A stretch of DNA of 38,676 nt from Candidatus Micrarchaeota archaeon (GCA_037444945.1 JBBILJ010000002.1:1-38676); one strand, 5' to 3'; counted from the stretch's first letter, positions 10,505 through 18,794 are shown. Notes: generated by a model from the sequence alone, not told the origin. Program-made: numbers and translations.

Positions 10505-11314
10505 ATGCCGTCTCCTGGGCAGCGACTCCCCTCCACGCTCAAAAAACTTGAAACCCATTGGCGTTTGCTCGGCGACCCCGACGCCCAACTCGAATACCTC
10601 AAGGGTTTTGAGCGCCACGCAGGCATTTTTTCCCGCAAAGCTTCCTCGGGCGTCCTCGTGCCGCAAAGCGAAGAGGCGCGCACCAAACTGCTGGTTCGCA
10701 TTTACAAACTCAAATGCCGAACGGTGCCCCGCATCGCGGATACCTTTTTGCGCCGCAAGCCCGCGAAAGTCTCGGAAGCTCAGGCCGTTTTCAAGCGGGA
10801 GGCGTTGAACGAGCTCGGCGCCGCGCACCTCGCCAAACGGGGCTACCTGCCCGAAGCTGGAGAGTTGCTCGAGGCAGCGGGGCGCCACCTTGACGCTGCC
10901 CGAACCTACCTGCGGGCGAGCCGCGAGCCACAAGCGCACACCTTGATGGTTGGAAAAGCGCGCGCCGCCTTCGAGCGCGCGGGAGCTTTTCGCGAGGGTG
11001 CTGAGGGACTGCTCGCCATTGGCGAGGAAGACCACGCCAAGTACTTGTACCGCGCGGGCGGCTTGCTGGAGGAGGGAGCGCGCAGGTTCTATGACCGCGG
11101 GTTGTATTCACACGCTGCCGAACTCTTTGAGGAAGCGGGAATTTGGCCGCAGGCCGCCGACGCCGCCGTCGCATCGAACAACGTGGCGAAAGCGGTGCAG
11201 TTGGCTGCCCGTCACGCCGCCGGAACGGGCGTGCCACTCCACGTTCCGTCAGGCGAATTGGAGTATTTGGCGGTGCCGCGCCACTACAGCGAGCTCGCTG
11301 GCATCTTCGAGTAA
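10505..11314 (+). CDS. Alpha-helical repeat (TPR-like) protein of unknown function, ending at an in-frame TAA
   Basis: Repeated approximately 18-20 aa x-A-G-x-x-x-x-A units (EAGELLEAAGRHLDAARTYLRA; RAGAFREGAEGLL; RAGGLLEEGARRFYDRGLYSHAAELFEEAGIWPQAADA). GC-rich third positions. A TTTTAATAAA element at 10462-10471 lies 34 nt upstream of the ATG. Confidence 0.55.
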   Translation: MPSPGQRLPSTLKKLETHWRLLGDPDAQLEYLKGFERHAGIFSRKASSGVLVPQSEEARTKLLVRIYKLKCRTVPRIADTFLRRKPAKVSEAQAVFKREALNELGAAHLAKRGYLPEAGELLEAAGRHLDAARTYLRASREPQAHTLMVGKARAAFERAGAFREGAEGLLAIGEEDHAKYLYRAGGLLEEGARRFYDRGLYSHAAELFEEAGIWPQAADAAVASNNVAKAVQLAARHAAGTGVPLHVPSGELEYLAVPRHYSELAGIFE

Positions 11315-11629
11315 GTCGGCTTTCACTCCGCCGCGGGGCGCCTCTGGGTTCTCGCCGACCGCCCCGAGGAAGCCGTTCGCGCGTTCACTCAAGCCGGGCA
11401 GCACCGACTCGGCGCCGACCTCCTCGCTTCCCAGCACCCCGAACATGCGGGTAAGTTATACCGCCTCGGCGGTCGGTTCGAGCAGTCCGCGCGCGCGTTC
11501 GCCAAAGCCGGCAAGTTACGGCCCGCTCTTGCTTCCATTAAGCGGTTCGAGAGCGAGAACGCGGCCCGCGCGCGCAACGGGAGCAACGGCGCGAAAAGCG
11601 GCAAGCCGAACCGCCGCGCCAAGCGCTGA
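11315..11629 (+). pseudogene. Start-less in-frame continuation of the 10505-11314 ORF after TAA(11312-11314); a split or pseudogenised C-terminal part, or a readthrough extension
   Basis: Hand translation in the same frame gives VGFHSAAGRLWVLADRPEEAVRAFTQAGQHRLGADLLASQHPEHAGKLYRLGGRFEQSARAFAKAGKLRPALASIKRFESENAARARNGSNGAKSGKPNRRAKR, with TGA at 11627-11629. It has the same A-G repeat style and GC3 bias, and no in-frame ATG/GTG/TTG. Confidence 0.4.
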
Positions 11630-11665
11630 AAAATAAGTCGGAACTTCTTTTTGGTTTTGAGTGGC

Positions 11666-12754
11666 TTAGCGGAACGGTCGGTCGTTTCTTCGCAGCGAGA
11701 GCAGGAACGGGTTCTCGCGGCCCGCTTTTGACGCCAACCGCTCCAACGTGCGCTCAAGTTCGAGAGGATTTAGGGCGGCCCGCAAGTCCGCTTCCACGAG
11801 GGCGGCCGGGTAGGCGTACCGCGCGCTCACGCGGCAGAGCGCGAAGATTTTGTTCGCGATTTCGTTCGTGGCCGCGTTGGCTTTTGCGGCGTCGCCCTCG
11901 AGAAGCGCGGGGTTGAGGTAATCCACACGCAAAGGCCGGTCGGTCGCGCTCGGCCGCAAGTAAAGCGAGCACACGGCTTCGCTCCACGCGCCGAGGTCGC
12001 GCATGACGGGGTGGATTTCCTTCGCTTTCGTGTAGCGAAAAGCGAAACTCCGCTCGCCTTCTCGTAACACTTGACTCAAAAAAAGCGAGTCCGTCCACGA
12101 CGCGACTTTACTGTGGAACGGTTCCAAGGCAGGCACGGCTTTTTCGAGGTAGCCGAGGGCGGCGCGGCCGCGCGAGTCCTTGTTTACGCCTGCAAGAAGA
12201 ACGCCGCGCTTGCGACATGCGTCAAAGAGTTTCTGGTAGAGCGAAATCACGTCAGTGTAGCTTTCGGCGAGTTTGCTTTCTCCCCGCGGTTTGTCCGCTG
12301 TTTGGGGAATGATGCTTCCGTCGAGAAGCAAGAGTTCGGGGGCGTGTTTTTCCGCAATCGTGAGGGCGAGGCGGATTTCGGCGCGCAAGCGCTCCAAGCC
12401 CTTGAACCATGTGAACTCGACGGCGTCCAATCCGTACTCGAGTGCCAACTCGGCGCGCGGGTCGCGGTTCGGCTCGTACCTGGTTTTTTTGAGCGCGTCA
12501 CCCTCGTAGGTGAGAAGGACGCCTGCCGCGCGTGAGAGCACGACGGCCGCTCCGTGAAGCTCGCCGGCGAGAACTCCGCCGTCTACCGCTGCAACGTTTT
12601 GGGGTTGACGGAGTTGAAGAGGGTGCGTGAGTTTAACGTCGAGGATTCCGCTCTCGCTCGCGGGCTGGAAGGGGGCACTGCGCGCGGCCGCGGCCGCTGA
12701 GCGCAGGCTCGCGTAATGCTCGTTAATCGAGGCGAGAAGGAGGTCTTCATTCAT
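11666..12754 (-). CDS. nurA: NurA-family 5'-3' nuclease (DNA double-strand-break end resection)
   Basis: 362 aa. The NurA-type motifs appear in the expected order: VAAVDGG (N-terminal catalytic Asp), LLLLDGSI and LLAGVNKDSRGR. Confidence 0.75.
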   Translation of the reverse strand: MNEDLLLASINEHYASLRSAAAAARSAPFQPASESGILDVKLTHPLQLRQPQNVAAVDGGVLAGELHGAAVVLSRAAGVLLTYEGDALKKTRYEPNRDPRAELALEYGLDAVEFTWFKGLERLRAEIRLALTIAEKHAPELLLLDGSIIPQTADKPRGESKLAESYTDVISLYQKLFDACRKRGVLLAGVNKDSRGRAALGYLEKAVPALEPFHSKVASWTDSLFLSQVLREGERSFAFRYTKAKEIHPVMRDLGAWSEAVCSLYLRPSATDRPLRVDYLNPALLEGDAAKANAATNEIANKIFALCRVSARYAYPAALVEADLRAALNPLELERTLERLASKAGRENPFLLSLRRNDRPFR

Positions 12755-12793
12755 GAGTACAGCTCTCCAGCAGAGAGGGAGAGAAGCAATCGG

Positions 12794-12801
12794 CTTTAAA
12801 G
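12794..12801. promoter_or_regulatory. Palindromic TATA-like CTTTAAAG in the divergent nurA/pth2 spacer
   Basis: It lies 22 nt from the pth2 ATG (12823) and 40 nt from the nurA ATG (12754). Confidence 0.4.
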
Positions 12802-12822
12802 CGCGGCGGGTTATTAGTCGTT

Positions 12823-13254
12823 ATGCTTTCAAAGGCGAAAAAACTTTTGGACCGCGTCTTTAACCGTGAAGTCGACGCCATTCTGCGGCACCGCAAGGGC
12901 GGCGATTTCAAGCAAGCCATTGTGATTCGCACCGACCTCGAGATGGGGAAGGGCAAACTCGTCGCGCAAGGCTCGCACGCCTCGCTGCACGCCTTCCAAA
13001 AATGCGTGGAAGTCGACGAGCGCATGGCGTACGCGTGGGACCAAGCCGGCTGCAAGAAAATCGTGCTCAAAGCCGGTAGCGAAGGCGAACTCCTCAAGCT
13101 CTACGACAAAGCCAAAAAGAAGGGCTTGCCCGCCGTCATTATCCGCGACGCGGGCGCCACGCAAATCCCGTCCGGCACCGTCACCGCGCTCGGAATTGGG
13201 CCCTGGCTTGAGACGGATATCGACGCCGTCACGGGCGAACTCAAACTCCTCTGA
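12823..13254 (+). CDS. pth2: Peptidyl-tRNA hydrolase, archaeal/eukaryotic type (Pth2)
   Basis: KQAIVIRTDLEMGKGKLVAQGSHASLHAF ... KIVLKAGSEGELLKLYDKAKKKGLPAVIIRDAGATQIPSGTVTALGIGP is the canonical Pth2 core. There is an approximately 30-aa N-terminal extension. Confidence 0.9.
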   Translation: MLSKAKKLLDRVFNREVDAILRHRKGGDFKQAIVIRTDLEMGKGKLVAQGSHASLHAFQKCVEVDERMAYAWDQAGCKKIVLKAGSEGELLKLYDKAKKKGLPAVIIRDAGATQIPSGTVTALGIGPWLETDIDAVTGELKLL

Positions 13255-13478
13255 CCTCCTCGCTTTCCGCGGGTGCTCGGTGAAAACATAGATTAATTAA
13301 TGAGCGGACGCCTAAGAAGGTTACAGTTGTTTGAGAGTATGGTTTCTGACAGAAAGTACAGCTCTTTTTGTTCGCGTGAAAGTTTTTTTCGCGTTCGCAA
13401 GCTAGTCTGAACTCTTCGGTCCCAAGCCTTGCTTTCGAGCAAGACTGTCAATGTAAAGAAAAAGTTAGGTGAAAGTGT

Positions 13479-13904
13479 ATGCGTTTTGGACGAGACCGCG
13501 ATGATCGAGGCGGCGACTACGGTGGCGGCCGAGGCCGCGGTGGCGGCGGCGGTTACGGTGGCGGCCGCGGTGGCGGCGGCTACGGTGGCGGCGGCGGTTA
13601 CGGCGGCGGCAGCTCCGGCGGATCCTTCCGCGAGGCTCCTGTTAAGCCCGGCGAGGAATATGACCTCGAAATTACCGACATCGCTGCGAAAGGCGACGGC
13701 ATCGGCAAAGTTGATAACTTTATCATCTTCGTCGCTGGCGCGAGCAAGGGCGACAAGGTGCGCGTTCGCATCCGCGACGTGCGCAATCGCTTCGCGATCG
13801 GCGAAAAAATCGGCGAAGGCAGTGGCGCCTCCGCTTCTACTTCCGCTCCCGCGGAAGTGGAAAGCGAAGAGCCCGCTGACGAAGCCGAAGAAGAAGGCCA
13901 GTAA
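13479..13904 (+). CDS. TRAM-domain RNA-binding protein with an N-terminal RGG/GGY low-complexity region and an acidic tail
   Basis: TRAM core: GEEYDLEITDIAAKGDGIGKVDNFIIFVAGASKGDKVRVRIRDVRNRFAIGEKI. N-terminus: RDRDDRGGDYGGGRGRGGGGGYGGGRGGGGYGGGGGYGGGSSGG. C-terminus: EVESEEPADEAEEEGQ. AGGTGA lies 7 nt upstream of the ATG. Confidence 0.85.
   Translation: MRFGRDRDDRGGDYGGGRGRGGGGGYGGGRGGGGYGGGGGYGGGSSGGSFREAPVKPGEEYDLEITDIAAKGDGIGKVDNFIIFVAGASKGDKVRVRIRDVRNRFAIGEKIGEGSGASASTSAPAEVESEEPADEAEEEGQ
13506..13622 (+). repeat. Imperfect tandem GGY/GGC trinucleotide-type coding repeat (encodes the RGG/GGY tract)
   Basis: Reiterated ggtggcggc(ggc)ggttacggt units are visible at 13521-13620. An alternative frame reads as poly-Ala/Val, which explains the spurious 13429-13929 ORF. 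Confidence 0.7.
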
Positions 13905-13912
13905 TTTCCTTT

Positions 13913-13928
13913 TAGCCCGTTCGGGCTA
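13913..13928. terminator. Hairpin between convergent genes (TAGCCC-GTTC-GGGCTA), flanked by T/C-rich tracts
   Basis: A perfect 6-bp stem with a 4-nt loop lies 9 nt after the TRAM stop. It is followed by cttcttttcctcttttttcc, and it sits between the 13904 (+) and 13957 (-) gene ends. Confidence 0.45.
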
Positions 13929-13956
13929 ACTCCCCCTTCTTTTCCTCTTTTTTCCT

Positions 13957-14901
13957 TTATTTTCTTTTACTCGTTTTCTCGATTAGCCCCAGCGCGGCTT
14001 GGAGGACTTCACCCAGAGCATTTTCCTTGCGGATTTCACTGGGCGTGAACCACGCCAGGGCGTCGTGGTCTTCATCCTTTGCTTTGACATTCGTCAAGTC
14101 GCCTTGCGCGTTTTCGGCTTTGAATAAGTAGAGATGCATCTTTTTTTTCTGCCCGGAGTGGTAAAGCGGCGCTTCGCCCATTTTTTTGAGGTCGGCTTTC
14201 AGGCCGGTTTCCTCTCCGAGTTCGCGCGCTGCGGCCTGCTTAGGGGTCTCGCCCTCCTCGACGGCGCCCTTGGGAAAGTCCCAGTAACCCGCTTTTTTGT
14301 GGAGCAAAAGCACGCGTCCGCCTTGCGTCAGCCAGACACCGGCGACGAGTACCTCTTTTTGGTCTGGAGCGCTCATTTTTTTGAGTCCCTCGATTTTGCG
14401 TTTGATTTTCGCCCAGTGCGAGCCTTCCCAATAAATTTTGCCGCATTTTTTGTTCGTGCAGCGCCAAAAGCGGCGGTGGGACTCGAAGGTGTACGGCCAC
14501 ACTTTTCCTTTCACTTGCGCCTTCAACAATCTCTGTAGTGGAGCGCCGCACACTGGGCAGAGCGTGTGCGCGGGGAAGCGGTTCGTCGGTAGTTGATAGT
14601 TCTCAACGAGTTGGGCGAGTTGTTTTTCGAGTTGCGTGGTGGTGAAGAATTCGGTGCGGCAGTGATGCTTGGCGCGCGCGGCGAGGGCTTCATCGCGCGT
14701 GAGCAGCACGCGGTCGTGTTGGGCGGCGTACCGCATCACGGCGTCGTCGTCCGTGAGGCTAAGGTCGTCGCTGAACTCGCACGCCACTCCCATCAAGCGT
14801 AGCCAGCGGCAGAGTTTGAGGAGCATGGCGTCCGCGAGAAAGATCGGCGTGGGACGAGTGCGGTGCGCTTTTCGGGCGGGTTTGCGGCGGGCGGCGGCCA
14901 T
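13957..14901 (-). CDS. Mut7-C (PIN-like RNase plus zinc ribbon) fused to a NUDIX hydrolase
   Basis: N-terminal half: FLADAMLLKLCRWLRLMGV, then CPVCGAPL ... WRCTNKKCGKIYWEGSHW (Mut7-C/DUF82 pattern). C-terminal half carries a Nudix box, GAVEEGETPKQAAARELGEETGL. Confidence 0.85.
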   Translation of the reverse strand: MAAARRKPARKAHRTRPTPIFLADAMLLKLCRWLRLMGVACEFSDDLSLTDDDAVMRYAAQHDRVLLTRDEALAARAKHHCRTEFFTTTQLEKQLAQLVENYQLPTNRFPAHTLCPVCGAPLQRLLKAQVKGKVWPYTFESHRRFWRCTNKKCGKIYWEGSHWAKIKRKIEGLKKMSAPDQKEVLVAGVWLTQGGRVLLLHKKAGYWDFPKGAVEEGETPKQAAARELGEETGLKADLKKMGEAPLYHSGQKKKMHLYLFKAENAQGDLTNVKAKDEDHDALAWFTPSEIRKENALGEVLQAALGLIEKTSKRK

Positions 14902-14923
14902 GGATTAAGGGAGGAGAAGGTAG

Positions 14924-14933
14924 GATAATTAAG
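14924..14933. promoter_or_regulatory. AT-rich GATAATTAAG in the divergent Mut7-C-NUDIX/rad50 spacer
   Basis: It lies 23 nt from the minus-strand ATG (14901) and 41 nt from the rad50 ATG (14974). It is the only AT-rich element in the 72-nt spacer. Confidence 0.35.
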
Positions 14934-14973
14934 TTTGGCGCTTTTGCTCAACACGGGTTTTGGGGTTTGCACA

Positions 14974-17283
14974 ATGATCAAGTCGCTGCGTTTAAGGCAT
15001 TGGAAAAGCCATGAGCAGTCCTATTTGCGTTTCGGTGAGGGCACCAATGTTCTCGTGGGTCCGATGGGGGCGGGGAAAACCAGCGTTCTGGACGCGATTT
15101 GCTTCGCGCTCTACGGTACGTTTCCCGCCCTACGGCAGCGCCTCGTCACGCTGGACGACGTCGTGATGGCGCGCCCGCGCGCGTTTGAGACGGCGGAAGT
15201 CGAGCTCGAGTTCAGCGTGGGGGAGGACAATTATGTGGTGGCGCGCACCATCGGCCCGAAGGGCAGCGAAGCGTTCATCCGCAAGAACGGCGCGTTCTTT
15301 GACGGCCCGCAGCCGGGGCGCGTGAACGAAGCCCTCACGAATTTGCTGCACGTGGATTACGACTTGTTTAGCCGCGCGATTTACAGCGAGCAGAACCGCA
15401 TCGACTACTTCCTCAACTTGCCGGCGGGCGAGCGCAAGCGCCAAATCGACGAGTTGCTCGGCATCGACCGCTTCGAATCGGCGCGAAAGAACGCCGTCGC
15501 TCTCGCCAACAAGCTCAAGGCGCAGCGCGCCGAACTCGCGAATTACTTGCGCGGCGTGGACGCGCCAGCCCTTCAAGCCGAAGAGTCCTCTCTCGAAGGC
15601 GAGCTGCAGCGCCTCGCTGATGAAACCGCCTCCCTCGCAAGTCAAGAGCAAGCCGCCAAAACTAAAATTGACGCGCTCGCCCGCGAGTTGAGCGCCCTTG
15701 AAGAGCGCCAACACATCCTCCAAAATGCTCTTGCGGCCGCGGCGCACGCCGAAGGCGAGCTTTCCGCTCTGCAGCACCAACTCCAAACCCTGCGCCCCCT
15801 TCTCGCGCAAGCGGGAACGCTCAAACAAAAACTCGACGCGGAGTTGAGCGCGCTCGCTCAAAAGCGAAACGCCTTGGCGGACGCGCAGTCGGCGGACGCG
15901 CAAGCGCGCGCGGAGAAACGTGAACTCGACAAAAAACTCGCGGACGCGAAGCGCGCTCACGCAGAACTCGAACAAACCGGCGCGCGGCTCCAAAAAATCG
16001 GGGACGCACAAACTCTTCAAAGCGAGGTAACTCGCCTGCAAGGCGATTACGCGCGCCTGCTCGACGAGGCGAACCGCGCCGCCGCTAAATCCATCGAGCT
16101 GGAAGACGCTCTCAAAGCGCTCGCGCACGAGGGCGCGCGCTGCCCCGTGTGCGACGCCGAGCTCTCCCCCAACCGCCACGCGCAACTGCGCGAGGAAAAG
16201 AAGCGCTTGCTCGTAAGCGCTACCGATGCGCGCGACGCCGCTGAACGGAACGCGCGGCAGTCTCAAGTCCTTCTTGAGGAGAAGCGCCGTGCTCTCGGTG
16301 AACTCGACGTGCTCGAGAAAAAACGCGCTCTGCTCGTACAAGCGGGCGATGCCCGAGTCCTCGCCGTTCAACTTCAATCCCTCTCAGGGCAAGAGTCCCG
16401 TGCCGCCGCCACCCTCGCCTCAGTCGCGGGCGAGGTTTTGGCGCTGCAAAAAAACGTGGACACCTTGCGCCTCGACGTGGACCGCGCCGCTGGGGCTGAA
16501 AAGCTGGCGGCGCGCGAAAAGCAGTTTGAGAGCGAAGCGCAAACGGCTCGCGCCCGCGCGGATGGCTTGCGCAAAACTGCGGACGAAGCGAAACTCGCTT
16601 CCCTGCGCGCCGACTTCACCGCCATCGAGAAGGAGCGCTCGCGGCTGCAAGCCACACGCTCTGCTCTTGAAGGGAGCGCGCGAGAGAAGAAGGCGCGTCT
16701 GGTGGACGTGAAAGGACGGCTCGCGAAGGCGGAAGAAGCCAGTGCGCGAGCTGCTGAACTTGACGCGAAAACCGACGGCGTCACTGTGTTTGGTTCCGCG
16801 CTGCTCGACGCGCAAGCCAGCCTTCGCTCCACCCTCATTGAAAGCATTAACGAAGCATTGAACGCGATTTGGCCCGCCGTGTACCCCTACGGCGACTACA
16901 AGGCGCTGCGCGTGCAGGCGGACGGCGGGGATTACGCGCTCGAGCTGCAAGCCCTTGACGGTGCGTGGGTGAGCGCGGACTCCGTGAGCGGGGGCGAGAG
17001 GGCTTGCGCGGCGCTTTCCTTGCGCGTTGCTTTCGCGATGGTGCTCACGCCGAACTTGAGTTGGCTCGTGCTTGATGAGCCCACGCACAACCTCGACCGC
17101 GAAGCCGTTTTGCTTTTGGCGAACGCGTTGCGCGAAGAAATCCCCAAAATCGTGAAGCAGGTATTCCTCATCACGCATGACGAGGCCTTGAAGGAGAGTG
17201 CGTCGGCTCGCCTTTATCGAATCGAGCGCGACAAAGACAAGGGCGAACAAAGCGTCGTCGAAGAAGTCGGACTCACGGGATAA
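14974..17283 (+). CDS. rad50: Rad50 (SMC-like DNA double-strand-break repair ATPase with a zinc hook)
   Basis: I set the start at ATG 14974 (MIKSLRLRHWKSH); the track starts at a TTG 13 codons upstream. Walker A is GPMGAGKTS and the Q-loop is YSEQNR. A long Ala/Glu/Leu coiled coil is interrupted by a CPVC hook (GARCPVCDAELSP). Signature SGGERACAALSLRVAF, Walker B LVLDEPTHNLD, H-loop LITHDE. Confidence 0.9.
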   Translation: MIKSLRLRHWKSHEQSYLRFGEGTNVLVGPMGAGKTSVLDAICFALYGTFPALRQRLVTLDDVVMARPRAFETAEVELEFSVGEDNYVVARTIGPKGSEAFIRKNGAFFDGPQPGRVNEALTNLLHVDYDLFSRAIYSEQNRIDYFLNLPAGERKRQIDELLGIDRFESARKNAVALANKLKAQRAELANYLRGVDAPALQAEESSLEGELQRLADETASLASQEQAAKTKIDALARELSALEERQHILQNALAAAAHAEGELSALQHQLQTLRPLLAQAGTLKQKLDAELSALAQKRNALADAQSADAQARAEKRELDKKLADAKRAHAELEQTGARLQKIGDAQTLQSEVTRLQGDYARLLDEANRAAAKSIELEDALKALAHEGARCPVCDAELSPNRHAQLREEKKRLLVSATDARDAAERNARQSQVLLEEKRRALGELDVLEKKRALLVQAGDARVLAVQLQSLSGQESRAAATLASVAGEVLALQKNVDTLRLDVDRAAGAEKLAAREKQFESEAQTARARADGLRKTADEAKLASLRADFTAIEKERSRLQATRSALEGSAREKKARLVDVKGRLAKAEEASARAAELDAKTDGVTVFGSALLDAQASLRSTLIESINEALNAIWPAVYPYGDYKALRVQADGGDYALELQALDGAWVSADSVSGGERACAALSLRVAFAMVLTPNLSWLVLDEPTHNLDREAVLLLANALREEIPKIVKQVFLITHDEALKESASARLYRIERDKDKGEQSVVEEVGLTG

Positions 17284-17312
17284 GGGTGCCGCGCGCTCGC
17301 AGCATTTTTCCT

Positions 17313-18794
17313 CTAGCGCAGCCACTCGTCTTTCTTGTGGTAATAGGCGTGGAGTTGTCGGGCTTCGTCGTCGCCGAGTCGTGAAACGTTTTCGTCGTTG
17401 AGTTCTATGAGGTGGGCTTTGCGCAGGAGTGTAACGAAGTTGGAGGGAGCGCCGAAGGCGCGCGGCGTGCGAATCACGAGGTTGAAGAAGGCGTTGGCGC
17501 TGGCGAGTTCACGTTCACGCTCCCCGACGATGCGGCTGCCTTCAATGAAGGGTCCGCGCACAAAATTCTTGTTCGCGCGCAGGAACGCGTCCACGTCCTT
17601 GGATTTGTCCGCAGGCGGCCCGGTGACTCGCTTGAGGTGCGGCGCGGTCGGGGAGGCGAGCTCGAAGAACAGCCCGGTGCGGTTGCGCGTCACGAGAGTG
17701 GCGGAGTCGACGACGCTGAACGCGAAGTGTTCGAGTTGTTTTCGCAGTGATTTTTCTAGTTTGTACAGTTGCGGGTAGAGGATGTCGTCCACGACGCCTG
17801 GCTTTTGCATCAAAAGCAGGTACGCCGCGGTTTTGCGGCGGCGGGCGGCGCGCGCGACGAGCGCCCGGGCTTTGGCGCCGTCGAGGGGTTTTTGGGGCGT
17901 GAAGTAAGTAAGGGCGGGTTTGCGGGTGAAGGCGCGGGCGAGCGCGATGAATTTGTAAAGGTTGGTTTCACTCAGCGCAGCGGCCGCGTTGCGGTTCTTA
18001 TCCACCGCGTCGATGAGGAGCAGGGGCGTGGGGTATTTTTGGTGGAGGTTTTCGCGGTCGGTGGCGTTCGGCCAGTTGCCTTCGAGGTCGATAAAGACCG
18101 GGACTTTCCACTCCGCGGCGGCGGCCAGCAGGCCCCAGAGGTTGCGGTAATTGAGGACGAGTTGCTCGCACACCAAGCCGCTAAAACCCGCGATTTGGAG
18201 TTCGGCGCCGTACAAGCCGTTGGTTTTGAGGAGTTTTTTGAGGCACCGCACGTCGCGGCGCTGTTCACGCGAAAGGCGGTTCTGCAAGTAATCCATGTGG
18301 AGAATCGAGCGGTCCACTGCGCTCTTCACGGGTTCATGGGGCGCGATTTGAAAGGACGGAATCACTTCCACTCGGTACCCCAGGTACGTGCCTTGCAGGT
18401 AAGGGTGCTCGGCGTAATGCATTTCCCAGCGAATCGGGATTGCGTTTTTAGTCGCGGCGATGGTGCGCTCAACGATTTCGTCGCGCGTGAGCGTTTGCGG
18501 GTAGGCGAGGAACAAGTCGATGTCGCGGTCCCCCCGCAGGCCCGTGTCGCGCGCCGCCGACCCCACGAACACGACGCGCGCTTGCCGCGCTTTTGCCGCC
18601 AGGCGCTGCACCAACTCGTTCGCGACGTGCTTTTCGTTTTCCGTTTCTTCCGCCGTTGGAGAAACTTCGAGGGCGACGCGCGCAAAAATTTCTTCCCCGC
18701 GCGCCTGCGCTCGCTCGCTCGCGCCGCGGGAGGGCTTGGTGGAGCGGCATCGGGAAGCGTTTTTGCGGGGAGCGGGACGGGAGGGTTTGCGCAT
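17313..18794 (-). CDS. cca: CCA-adding enzyme (class I archaeal tRNA nucleotidyltransferase)
   Basis: VVFVGSAARDTGLRGDRDIDLFLAYP nucleotidyltransferase motif and overall archaeal Cca architecture. There is a basic approximately 30-aa N-terminal extension. Confidence 0.9.
   Translation of the reverse strand: MRKPSRPAPRKNASRCRSTKPSRGASERAQARGEEIFARVALEVSPTAEETENEKHVANELVQRLAAKARQARVVFVGSAARDTGLRGDRDIDLFLAYPQTLTRDEIVERTIAATKNAIPIRWEMHYAEHPYLQGTYLGYRVEVIPSFQIAPHEPVKSAVDRSILHMDYLQNRLSREQRRDVRCLKKLLKTNGLYGAELQIAGFSGLVCEQLVLNYRNLWGLLAAAAEWKVPVFIDLEGNWPNATDRENLHQKYPTPLLLIDAVDKNRNAAAALSETNLYKFIALARAFTRKPALTYFTPQKPLDGAKARALVARAARRRKTAAYLLLMQKPGVVDDILYPQLYKLEKSLRKQLEHFAFSVVDSATLVTRNRTGLFFELASPTAPHLKRVTGPPADKSKDVDAFLRANKNFVRGPFIEGSRIVGERERELASANAFFNLVIRTPRAFGAPSNFVTLLRKAHLIELNDENVSRLGDDEARQLHAYYHKKDEWLR

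Noticed and set aside
13293-13410. Possible C/D-box sRNA (AATGAG ... CTGA) or a 36-aa ORF (ATG 13300 to TGA 13410) in the AT-rich spacer upstream of the TRAM gene
   Set aside because: The C box is imperfect (AAUGAG rather than RUGAUGA), and there are no convincing D'/C' boxes at the canonical 12-nt guide spacing. The small ORF has AT-rich third positions, unlike the real genes here. I treated the region as promoter and 5' UTR instead.
13429-13929. 166-aa ORF with poly-Ala/Val tracts overlapping the TRAM gene
   Set aside because: It is an alternative reading frame of the GGY repeat. The 13479 frame gives a canonical TRAM domain, so this one is spurious.
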